From positions 44,516,001-44,580,000 of the forward strand of contig NC_083228.1 in the NCBI RefSeq assembly GCF_032191835.1: a stretch of DNA of 64,000 bases, read 5' to 3'. Below, piece after piece: positions 34,208-45,825 of the stretch. Under the pieces are notes generated by a model. The model was given only the letters and a program-made list of their open reading frames with translations, had not been told where the DNA came from and searched no databases. Positions within the stretch are counted from its first letter, which is position 1, and every line of letters begins with the position of its first letter. The position numbers and the translations under genes were made by a program. The stretch comes from Heteronotia binoei. Its lineage: Eukaryota.

Positions 34208-35660
34208 TCATGCGGAGAAGCCGCACCCCTGCTGAGGGAGTCTGCTTGTAGGTTGAGCACCCCTGGGAGATGCACAGCCTTCACAAAGATGTCGTGGTCC
34301 AGGCACTCCGACTACAGTTCCAGTGCCAGCCCACAGAGCCGTCGAGAAACTGTCCCTCCCTGTCTGATGTAACACAGGGCAGTAGTATTGTCCGTTAGCA
34401 GAGCAACAACCTTCCCCGCCACCATGGGGTGGAAGGATCGAAGAGCAAAATGAACTGCCAGCAGTTCCAGGTAATTTATATGGCAGTGAGTCAATTGCAA
34501 AGGCCAAGGGCCCCAAACACACAGAGCGTCCATGTGGGCCCCCCAACCCCACAAAGATGCATCTGTTGTGATCATTACTGTTGGTGCAGGTAGGTGGAAG
34601 GGAGCTCCCTGACAAATGTTGCCCTTGATTTCCACCACTGCAGTGTCTGAAGTGCCACAGGTGGAATTACAAACCTCTTTCGAGGTGAGTCGCTTAACGG
34701 TCGAAACTGATGAAGAAACCCAAGTTGTAGGCCTCTCATCCTCAGCTTCGCAAAGAGTAGCACGCTTGTAGTCACCACCATCAGCCCCAGCATCCGCTGC
34801 AGCTGCTGTGCCGTGCCCCACTTTCGACTCTGCAGAAGGTTGGTAATGTCCATTGCTCTCTGCCGAGGCAGCAAAGCGCAATGAAGGTTCGTATCCAGCA
34901 AAGCCCCTATGAACTGAACGTGATGGAATAAGGTGTGATTTCTCCAAATTGATCTGCAGACCCAAGGTGTGAAGAAGACAAAGAGTGGTGGCAATATGGT
35001 CTGACAAACTCTCCTTCGACTCCGCCACAAGGAGCCAATCGTCGATGTATGGAAAGACAACTATCCCTTGAAGCCGGAGGTGAGCAGCCACAACGCTCAT
35101 CATCTTCATGAACACCTGAGGTGCAGTGGACAGACCAAACGGAAGGGCCTTGAACTGGAAGTGTTGAGAACCTCCTGCAAACCGAAGGAAACGTCTGACC
35201 GCAGGATGCCTGCTGACGTGGAAGTAGGCATCCTTGAGGTCCAGCGTTGCCATCTAGTCCCCTTTGTTGATGAGGGGCAGAATTGTTTGCAGAGTGGACA
35301 TTCTGAACTTCTGGTACAGAATAAACTTGTTCAGATTCCGAAGGTCCATGATTGGTCTCAGACCCCCGTCCCGCTTGGGAACCAGGAAGTAACGAGAGTA
35401 GAACCCTCCCATCTTGGCCTCCACCAGGACCCATTCTATGGCTTGTTTCTGTAGGAGGTTGCTCACCTCCGCCAGCAGAGGTGGGGAAGGGGGTGTGGTG
35501 ATTACCACAGATTGGTTCAATCTGAGTGAAGTCTATTTTGTAGCCTTCCGCGATGATGGAAAGCGCCCACCTGTCCGTAGAGATGGACTCCCAGGTCAAC
35601 AGGAATGGACGGATGCGGATAGACGAAGAAGTGGGGATGGTGATGTGTGCTACCAGAAAG
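34208..35660 (-). pseudogene. DIRS element A reverse transcriptase and RNase H, frameshifted
   Basis: RT motifs FLVPKRDGGLRPIMDLR, LDLKDAYFH, LPFGLSTAP and YIDD. RNase H motifs TDASLWGWGA, HINYLEL, TDNTT and QADSLSR. Confidence 0.95.
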
Positions 35661-37773
35661 TCAAAGGCCCTGCTTTTGAGGGCGAGTGCCCTTGAACTTG
35701 CCGGTGGTCTGTGCTGAAGCGTAGCGGTTTCTGTTGTTCCCCCTGTATGGGGACCTACTCTCAGGTTGGGCAGAGTGAGGTCTCCACTGCTGTTCCGGGG
35801 AGAACTTTTGGTATAGTTTCATGGACCAAGGTTTGTGCCACTGTTTTGGTTTTGCAGCTCTGGAAGACGCCGGGACACCCAGGTTCCTGGAAGTTTTTAT
35901 GCTTTTATCCATTTCCTGGAGACCATTGTTGGTGGTCGAGCTGAAGAGGCCTTCGCCCTCGAAGGGCAGATCTTCAACGAAGGCCCTGGTGTCTTGCTGG
36001 AGGGCTGTTGACCTGAGCCAGGAGTGGCGGCGGAGGCAGACAGCAGACGTGATGGTTTTCGCTGAGACGTCCACCATATGCTTTGCTGCAGCTAGTTGTT
36101 GCTTGGCTACAGCAAAGCCTTCCTCCTGCAACTTTGCAGCAGACCTCTTCTCCTCACTCAGGGAAGACAGGAGGGGGGTGAGTTGTTCCCACACTGAGTA
36201 TTGGTATTTAGCCATGCACGCAGCATAGTTAGATACCTTTACTCCCAGCGTTCCAGCAGAATAAAACTTCCCAATGTTGTCCAGCTTCTTTCCCCCATTG
36301 TCTGGTGGAGAGGAGTGTGTCTTGTGGGCCTTTGATGAGGAGGATATGACCACCAAATTGGGCTTCGGGTGTGTGAAAAGAAATTCAGCACCGGCCTCTT
36401 GGACGCGGTACATGCGGTCCAACCTTCTTGATGACACAGGTGTAGAAGCAGGCTTCGCCCAGGGCTCCTTCACCACCTGTAAGATGACCTTCGTAACAGG
36501 CAGGGCAACCGCTGTAGACGTATCCCGCTGCATGATGTCGAATACAGTGTCATCTACAACGGGTTGCGGTTGTGTCACCAGGAGAGAGAGGGAGAGTGCC
36601 ATCCTCTTCACCAGGTCCCCATACGACGGTGAAATGGGAAGATCCTCAGCGGTATGAGACACTGGCGAGGGTTACAAGCCCTGTCCAAATCGTTGGTACC
36701 AACCTCGGAGTCCGACGATAAAGACTCTCTCCTCAAGGAATGTTCTGAGAGCACCGTCGTTGACTCTCTGACGGGTGACTGGATCGACACCGATGACCTA
36801 AGTTGGACTTCCTCCACCACCACGCCGTGTCTTTTGGGTGGAACGGACATCGATGCCGAGGGATGCCGCCTAGAATGCTGAGAAAGCCTCGTCATATGGG
36901 ATGCCTCGGATTGCTGGTCCCAATCTGCAAAGTCACAGGGGGGTACCATTGGTACGGCGGGTATGGATAGGTGTAGGGAGGCCACTGGCGCTGCTCCCAT
37001 GGTGGAAGCGGTGGGAAGCGATGGGAAGCGATGAGCTATGGTAGTTGGTTCCAGCTCTCTCTGACCCCTCGCCTGATCCAGCGGTGCCAACGGCTCCATC
37101 GGTGCCGACACCTTCACTTCCGAGACGGAGTCACTCTCACTGCAATGCCTCGACCCTGAAGAATGGGAGCGCTGAGTAAGGTTGATCTCTTGCTCCGATG
37201 CCGATAGACGCAACTGCTACGAAGCACTGCCTCTCGACACTGAAGGTTTACGATGTGGGGATGCCAAGATCTTCCTCGGTGGAGTGGTCGACATCGATGT
37301 CGAAGCGTCATGAGAAGGGGAAGGAGTGCGGGACGATCTCTTCTTCCGCTTCTCTTTGGATTTCACCTTCGATGCGGATGATCGGGTCCCCGAGTCATCC
37401 CGACGCTTCTTAGCTGGGTTGTCCACTGACCCTTCAGAAGGTCGCTTTGTGGAATGCCCACGCTCGAACGGCATCTCGGTCCTGATTGGCGATGTATCGG
37501 CCTATGTGACCATCGGGGCTGCGGTCTCTCCCATCGGTACCGATGGGCCCGATGCCATCTTTTGAGGATGAAGTGCCGACTCAACCAAAGCGGCCGAAAG
37601 CCTCGCCGCTTGATTCTTGCGAGTTTGTTTGGAAAAACTCAGGCAGTGCGAGCAAGAATCAACGCAATGTCCCTCGCCCAAACAGAGGAGACAGAGGGAA
37701 TGGCCATTGGCGGGGGGACAATCTTTTTTCCACAGGAGCGGCACCTCTTAAAAAACCCCTAATGTCTTTCCAT
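35661..37773 (-). pseudogene. DIRS element A gag-like ORF1 (N-terminal Cys/His finger, C-terminal LAP2alpha-like region), disrupted
   Basis: ATG at 37773 reads MERH*GFFKRCRSCGKK, then a frameshift into GHSLCLLCLGEGHCVDSCSHC. It continues through ORF-track pieces 37217..37474, 36608..37213 and 35661..36662. The LAP2alpha label is from family knowledge. Confidence 0.85.
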
Positions 37774-38711
37774 AGACGCCAAGGAAAAAACCCACCCAGG
37801 AAAGTCTCTGAGGGGAGAAATGGGGAAAATGGGCCCTGAAGGGCAAGTCCAAGAAAATTATTTTTTTAAACACTAACTATCCAACAACTAACTAAACTAA
37901 GAAAATAACAAACAGGCTATATACAACAAGAAAGGCAATCCTAAGATTACTTTACCGACCGGGGACACGAAAGGAGATCCTCTCAGCGCAGCGGTCAGAA
38001 AGGAACTGGCGGGAGCCTCACGCTGGCCCCGGCGAGCATGCGCACTGGGACGCCTACTCATGCCATTGGTGCTGAGCGCGAAAAAATCCCAGGCTTTTTA
38101 GGTACCGATTTGAGGATCGGCGCAGGTGCTCTATCCCATGAGTGTGAAGCACAGAGACCACAAAGATGATCATGGTCACAGCTATTCACACAGCATATAA
38201 ACCAATTCTAAACAATGTAGATCACCTTCTACCTAAATCAACTCTCCTGCAGAATTCCAAACTAAGCTATTTTGGGCACTCTTCATCCAGACTACATAAT
38301 CACAAACATCACTGAAGGAAAGAAACATTGGCTGGGATACACCAGGTTTAGCAATTCAAAGACCAAGATAGTTTTCAAGAATCACAATATTAATACAGAC
38401 AGTGGCAACATTGTGCTGCATACAATCGCATCTATTTTTCCTGAACTTTCTTTATATGCTGCAAACTGAAATTCTGAAAACATTGTTTTGAACCACAAAC
38501 TACCATAGCCAGACTCTACAATTTAGCCATATTACATACAAAAAACTCAGATTACAGAAAAGTGACAACTCTGTAGCCCCTATTACATCAGTAGAAGGAA
38601 CAATCAGAACCTTCATGACCTCTGCACACACTGAGCTCTTAATTTGCTGAGGGACCAATTCACAGTCCTGGTATTTCCTTTTAAAACCCAGAACAGCTTA
38701 AGTCCCCAAGT

Positions 38712-38807
38712 GCCTGGAGGACATATTGGTCTGTCTGGGTATTGAGATGAACTATTAGCGGGCTCTTACCGGAACAGTTGCAACTCACACAGTGGCCTTC
38801 TGGTCAC
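38712..38807. repeat. Unclassified 96-bp dispersed repeat, copy 1
   Basis: Matches 46068-46163 at 89 of 96 positions, same orientation, no gaps. Confidence 0.9.
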
Positions 38808-40722
38808 TACTATGTAATTTCCTTTACTGATGCTGAGGATGGCACCATCCTTTCAGAGGTGATGAAACATTCCTTTCTTGGCAGGTATTCAATCTAGACT
38901 AGGCACAGCACATGGTTTATCCTTCCCTGTATGGTTGTTTTGAATGAGACACAGTGTGTCTGGTAATTTTACTTCCCCCCTAAAGTCTTACATCAACTCA
39001 AGATAATTCAATGCCACCCACCAAAGCCACATGACACTAATGGCTCCAAATGCACTGTGGGTAAGATTTACTCTGGAAAGTAAACACAGCATTACACACT
39101 GGTTCCATTCATTGTGTTGGCAGCCTAGCATTAAAATTAATTTAGGATCCCTTAAAGACTAATAAATGCTGCAGTAGAGGGATCAAAAGCTGGAACCTAC
39201 TTTGTCAGATATTAGAGACTGTTAACTTAGTATGTACACCATGTACAATGGTTTTTGGTTTTTTAAATGGAGGCCAATGGGCCATACAATTCCAGAGACA
39301 GAAGCTGTCAAGGTAGAAATCATAAAGGAATACAAGATCATAGCAAGTGTGACCTGTTGCTACTGTTGATAAACTGGCACTGCAAAATGAATAGCATAAG
39401 CAAACAGGAAGTGAGTGCTTTAGACAACTTAAGATTAAATTTTAGGGGAAAATGTACTGAAGAAGTTGTCAAAGTACACAGAGCAAATTCAGGTAAACAT
39501 TTAAAATTTATTAAACTTTTTGGTCAAAATAATTGAACAATTATGTACAATCCCATTGTATTTGTTTTCATGTATTTTTTAGGAACAAAGTCAATCTAAT
39601 GGTTAAATGACCTATCCGTTCCACATTTCAAGATTTGCAAATAGTGTCACAACTGATATACAGTATACGATTTTTATTTAAACTTTATCTTTAGAACCCC
39701 CAAATTAGTATTTATTAGCTTATCGCGAACAAGAGTGGCACTCTATGGACGTTAATTGACAGGATAAGAACAGAGGCATTGCTCTTGCATATTCACAGCC
39801 GACTTTTAGCAATCATATTAAACCTTCATTTCATTAAAAATGGAGTGTGAACCATACACCTGTACTTTATCCAGGAAGCTCAAAGGGCCTGAATTTCAAG
39901 GGGGAGTTTATAGGCACACTTAATAGCAAGTACAGACAAAACAGTAGTACCTAGATACTTACTGCTATTAAAGTGGTGCCCACAAGCCTTTGTGTGTATA
40001 AGTTTATACCCAGAGATGTTTACAATGAAACACTGGGAGCTGATCTTATGCCCTTTAGGAGAGAGAAATCCCTAAATTCATAAACTTTTCCTTAGTCCCC
40101 TATTGCCAGTTGAAACCCAGAATCTGACAAATGTATTTTCACATCAGCATTCAGCCTTTCTGACCTTGTGTCAGACCCATCTTCAGAGCTAAAATACGTT
40201 TTAAGTTGTGCTCCTGTTTGGCATAATCAAGTTTAAAAACATACAAGCTTTAAACTGCATTGGGAAACTTTATATGCTTATGCCCAGTTGAAATAAAAAG
40301 TATACGCTTTGAAATAAAGAACTCAAAAGGTAAAAAAAGTAATGCACGTTAAGGTATGTGTCTCTCATGTGAGGCATGTTTACTGTTAACCAGAGCAGTG
40401 ATTCCATTGAAGGTTTTGATGTACGAGACAATCTTGCTCCTTTAAGGCTGTATATGAACTTTAAACCAGTCTTTTCTGTTTCTTCTTTCGTGCACACAGT
40501 ACAGAAAACCAATACAAGTTAAGGTAATGAGGAAAAATTAAGCTTAGAGTTTGAAGAAGCAGATATCACAAGAAACTGCTTTATACTGTCAAAATCAAAA
40601 TTTCGGGACAAACTATTTTCAAATCTTTCCATTAGAGATATTTTGCACAATCTCAATACATGCAATAAAAAAGACTGAATACATACTTTCAGATTTAAAA
40701 ACACTTTTTATAGTTTGTTATT

Positions 40723-40728
40723 TTTATT
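40723..40728 (-). terminator. Candidate PPP2R2D polyadenylation signal (further AATAAA at 39673-39678 and 39711-39716)
   Basis: TTTATT on the + strand about 590 nt past the stop codon. Sequence motif only. Confidence 0.45.
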
Positions 40729-41313
40729 AAGTGGTTTACACCAGAAGGTGTGGTTATAGATACAGTTGGTGAGTAATATACATGAAAAACCTGTCTATGC
40801 ACCCAACTCTAGACTTACCTATATTGCTCAAAGGTAGAAACACCTAAAGCTTAGATGAAGGCCAGAGAAAGAATGTTTACAGGCATAAAGCACAAATATA
40901 TGTTTTGAAAGGCCCAAATATTACAGCAGATAAAGAGCACGTGAGATAGAAATTACATTTTATGACAATTTGTTTCTTGGGTGTTAGATTTTTTTGGTCT
41001 ATCAACTGGAAAGGAAGGCTCAGACTTAAATAAATACATTTGTTTTGAATATTGGCCTTTATTGAGTATTGTCCATCAGTTCTGCTTCTAGTGAGCTTAT
41101 TTTGTTTACAAAAATTAAATTCCACGTTCTCCCTCACTGAAGGCAGAAATACACCATGAACTCAAATCCAGGCCAGCTTCTCTCCTTTACCTATAAAGGG
41201 AAATAAGTGCATCAATGTTCTTTACTGGGAGGACAACAAGGCCATCTCTCTGACAGATAAACAACTGAGCTTAACTATGCAAGACGACAACTTTGTCCTC
41301 GAATAAGCCGTCT

Positions 41314-41593
41314 TTAATTAATTTTGTCCTGGAATATATACAAGTTATTGGTGGCAGCTACAGCAATAATGTTTTCTGCAGGATGCCATGCTGTATGAAG
41401 GATCTTCTTGTTGAAGTCCAGACTGTCAACACTTATTTCATCTTTCTTTCTCTTGCCACCTGTACACACCTTCCGAGGCTTTAAGATGGCACGAGGTTTG
41501 CTACTCTCTCTTGATGCCTCCAGTGTAATGTCTCGCCGTGTGTTTCGATCGAACATCCTAAAGAAATTGTTGTAGGAGCCAGTCATAATAGCA
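41314..41593 (-). CDS. PPP2R2D: PPP2R2D last coding exon ([17 protein letters not shown]...[11 protein letters not shown]), 280 nt
   Basis: ORF track 41314..41586; CAG acceptor; the C-terminus FQDKIN matches B55-delta. Confidence 0.97.
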
Positions 41594-42037
41594 CTGCATA
41601 AAACAAACGAGAGAAAATGTTACAATTACCTGATAGACAAAAATGAATGTTATCAGGCAACCTTATAATTATAAGATGGAGTGATGAGCACTAATGGTTT
41701 TTGCCCCCACCTCCTGGGGCAAAACACAAAATGGCAGATGCAGGAGGCACAGCCAAAGGGATGCAACTCTCCTCACATCCTGGGAAGAAGGGAAGTCTGG
41801 AGGGGGAATGAAACCACACACTGACTAAGGAAAGCCCATATGCCTACTAATCCTCTTGATTTTCAAGTGGAAAAACAGCGTTTGAATTAGGTCAGCTAAT
41901 AATAAGCCCTGCCTTAAATGGCCCCACACACTTTCTGAAAAAAGTTATTGGTGCCAAGCAAAGTACTAAAAAGGGAAGTCCTGGGGAATCCTGTATTATG
42001 ATTTGACGCCTGTAACATTTTGTGTAATACGCCATAT

Positions 42038-42235
42038 AACATGAACATATGAAGCTGCCTTATACTGAATCAGACCCTTGGTCCATCAAAGTCAGTATTG
42101 TCTTCTCAGACTGGCAGTGGCTCAAGCTGAGGATTTTCACACCTATTTGCCTGGACCCTTTTTTGGAGATGCCAGGGATTGAACCTGGGACCTTCTGTTT
42201 CCCAAGCAGATGCTCTACCACTGAGCCATCGTCCC
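42038..42235 (-). mobile_element. tRNA-headed SINE with CR1-like 3' tail
   Basis: The reverse strand starts GGGACGATGGCTCAGTGGTAGAGC...GGTTCAATCCC (A and B boxes) and ends GGTCTGATTCAGTATAAGGCAGCTTCATATGTTC. Confidence 0.8.
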
Positions 42236-43699
42236 TCCCCTTATCACAGACTATCTTTTCTCTTTCCTTAAAGCTAGCAGTCATACAAACAGGTCTTGAA
42301 TTCAGGAGCTCAGCTCCTGAACCTTTCTGATGGCCCCCCTCCTCCTCCCCACCTACCTTGTCCGTTGAATAGTAGGTGCAGCTGCATAACAATCCCTGGA
42401 TTAGGAGAGCAGGCAGGCAGCCAGCCACCAGGAGCTTTGCCACACCCCCAGCAACCCTCATTAACCCCTGGAGAAGCCCTCACCACCTTTTCTCCACTTC
42501 TTATGAGATTTTGGGTGGCAGGTGGCTTGCTGGCCTTTTGACTGTGGAGGGGGGGGGTGGCCAAGGAGAGCCTCAGGCAAGTGAGGCCTGGCTGGATCTC
42601 TAGCCAGCCTAAGCAGGTCTCACTTACCCAGGCTCTCTTTTCTTGTGTCATTTACTAGTCAGCTTCCAACTCTAGCTGAATTTGGTTCTCACTGGAGAAG
42701 TTCTTACTACTAACAGTGCCAAGAAATTTGCAGTCTGATTTTTCTATTGGTGCTACTTTTTGCTCTCATCCCTTCCTTTCCCCAGAAAAGTAAATGCAAC
42801 AGCATTAGGGGATGATGAAAGCAGAAAATGGTTTATCCAGGAAACACCATAACATAATATTCCAACAGCATTTTAGTCTCATAGAAGACTTAGCTGTTCA
42901 CAGAATACTATACTCACTTTGGAATACTATACTCACTTTGGAAAGTAGTTTTGGAAGTGGAAGTTTAAAACTCAAAATTGAAGCAAGAGCACCAGTATAT
43001 TTTAATGTTTACAAAATAAATTACAAGGAACATGGTGTTTTAGAATACTAAGTAGTAGGTATCTGGGATAAATCAGTTCCTCAGTGTCTGGCTTGCTTCT
43101 CCCAGCTTGCTAAAAAATGCATCAACTGATCACCTAGATTGCACTGCACAGTTATGACTGGCAACAGCTTTTTAAGATATCAAATGAGAGGGTTTCCCTA
43201 GCTGAGATGCTTTTCATCAGTAGGAAACTACAGCAAGATTTTCTGCACTTTCAGTCATGTACAAAATTCCCTTCAGTCAGTGGCTCAGCCTCCCTCCTCC
43301 CCCTTTTAAACCAGAAATATCAGGACTAGGCTTTACAATTTTTATGTGCAAAACATGGGTTCTATCTTTCAGCTATGACTCTGCAGCAGTATATGCCAAT
43401 ACTTGCAGCTAACTTAAAAAACCAACCAACCAGAATTAAAATGCCTTTTTTGTGACAGAGATAGCAGATGCTGAATAATCTGACTTACAGTTGTCTTAAG
43501 TATATTAAAGTGAACTGTATTGTGTTTTTATTAATTATCTGCAGCCATTTGTTGATACCTCCATATATTATGCCTGAAGTGGACTGCAAATGTTGGCTCA
43601 TAGAATGAACTTATCCATTTTCCTCAATTCAAGAACATTAGCATTTCTAGAATTCAGGCAAGTCTTTAATGTGAACTCCAGTACACAAATCAGTCTTAC

Positions 43700-43791
43700 C
43701 TATCAGAACCGTTCCAGCAGCATTCAAACTTGTCAAAGATGCAGTCATTCTCATACAGTGAACAAAGTTTGCTTCGGAGATACTCATGAAC
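43700..43791 (-). CDS. PPP2R2D: PPP2R2D coding exon ([30 protein letters not shown]), 92 nt
   Basis: Translated by hand from the reverse complement; AG acceptor and GTAAG donor; not in the ORF track. Confidence 0.96.
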
Positions 43792-43876
43792 CTTTAAAAC
43801 ACAAATGTTGAACAACATGAGAACATTCACCACTTTAAAAAAAACCTTGCTTTAGGATGAAGCACAAATATTATAC

Positions 43877-44046
43877 CTGATATGTCTCTACAGGCCTATT
43901 TTCCATGTTGAGATCCCATACTTTAACTGAAAGGTAGTCCCTGGTCATCATGTATCGACCACTGTGACTGAATTTTACATCCGATATTGAGGAAATTATT
44001 TCTGAAAAGAATGATCTGCTGCTGGGGTCTTCTGGCTCCTCAAAGA
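43877..44046 (-). CDS. PPP2R2D: PPP2R2D coding exon ([56 protein letters not shown]), 170 nt
   Basis: ORF track 43871..44107; canonical splice sites. Confidence 0.97.
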
Positions 44047-45825
44047 CTGAAAATGTTAAAGACAGAAAAGGAAAAATGGTTGGAAGCAAAGAAGAACCTT
44101 CCAACATTTTCAGAAAATCATTGTGTTTTTATTTCAGCAGGAAGTCCTTGTTGGTCTGCAGTAGAAGCGTCTAGTACCCCCTTAAAGACCAACAAGAGTT
44201 TTGGGGTATAAGCTTTCAAGAACCAAAGCTCCAAATCACTTGTTGGTCTCTAAGGTGAATCTGGACTCTTGAAAAATTGAAAGCACTGTCCTGGATGCAT
44301 TCAACTGCCCTTGTAATGGCCAACACCCCATACATCAAACTACATACTCTCAATGCAAATACATTGGCAGTGACATCACTCTGAGGGAAGGAATAAGGCA
44401 CAAATTCAGTAACCCAGCTTAGATGTGTTGAAATTGCCTCTGAAGTATCATCATCACCCAGTGGACAGGTAGTATCTCGAGCGACTTGGTAAAGGGGAGC
44501 AGACAGAAATGGCAGAAGGCAACACAGACTCAATCAACTGCTGTAGCCAACAGGATACCCACCAACACATTCTCTCTTTGAATACAGAATGAGGTACATA
44601 CCTAATTATGTGCTGGAATCCAGAAAACCTACTGTGTATAAACAGAGAGCATGTGTTTGTGTGTGAGTGGGGGTGGGGGTTAACTCAGTTGTATATCCTT
44701 GTGCCACATTAATACTCTGGAGACTTTCCAGCTTTCATTCACTGGTATTTGAAAGGAGGGGCTAGAATGCAAAAGAGTCCCCCTCCCCAACAAGGTGCAG
44801 CATGTTTTATATTTGGCCTTCTGGATCCTATCCTTCATCTAGGAAGGAGCTCTACCTAGAGAAGCTCACCCACATGGAATCTGAGTTTCACCAGGCTACT
44901 CCACACATATGTGGTGACCACTGAAAGATTCAAAACAAAATCTCACTACAAGAACCTCCCAACCAACCGTATAAACAGCAGCTACACAACTGCTTGACTA
45001 TATAATCTGATTAAAGGAATACACCAAATCCCCATCTTTTATAAATGACCTAATTCACACAGGAACCACCACTATATGTTGCTTGTTGGCAAAGTAATCT
45101 TCATCTGAGTATAACAAATAAAATGGAACCAATATAATCAGAATATTACACACACTTAAGCACCATGTTTCTCTCTGGCCTTACATTTATTCTGAATGTT
45201 TATCACAAACCAAATTAAGGATTTTTTAATGTGCATCTGCTAGATATGCCTCCATTAAAAATACACTAAGGTTCTATTAAGAATTCTCAATACTGGAAGA
45301 CACCACAGAGTAATATTTTATTTATGGCAATCTATACTATTCCACCTGCAGAGAGCATGATTAAAACTGTATGTTTTTATTTGCATTTTAATTATGAATG
45401 CAGCTTCTACAGACACTTATAAAAAGAATTATCTAATTAGTAGCTTAATATGCTTTAGGATATTATCTCACATCTCAAGGTAGGGAAGTGGAATACAGTT
45501 TTTATGGCATACCAGCAATTAAGCCTTACTGTGCCAAATACACACGTATGCTTTAAGCCAGAGGTGTTGAACTCATTTGTTATGAGGGCTAGATTTGACA
45601 TAAGTGTCACTTTGTCAGGCCAGACCATGTGCGCCACAAAATGCAGCATGAGGTACTAGACATATAAACGTTATAAAGGTGATTTCAGATGCCAAATTGC
45701 AATAGTAGGCTTGATTGGATTAGGTGTAGAGGGATAGAAGGTCTGAAGATACCAGCACTGGTAATGAGATAGGAAACCTAGGTCTCAGTTTGGCCCAGGA
45801 GGAGACAAAGAATAAACAGAGATAA

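Larger units (their letters stand above)
32385..38170 (-). mobile_element. Full-length, inactivated DIRS1-type tyrosine-recombinase retrotransposon (element A), about 5.8 kb
   Basis: Inverted terminal repeats (about 32422-32595 and 37991-38160) and an internal complementary region (about 32648-32741). gag, RT/RNase H/MT and YR frames occur in canonical order with several stops and frameshifts. Confidence 0.95.

Noticed and set aside
32394-37839. Many + strand and alternative-frame ORFs of 60-160 aa over the DIRS element
   Set aside because: These are antisense or off-frame shadows of GC-rich gag/pol/YR sequence with no independent motifs.
42165-42235. tRNA gene suggested by clear A and B boxes
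   Set aside because: I could not form a complete cloverleaf or acceptor stem, and it continues into a SINE body repeated elsewhere in the window.
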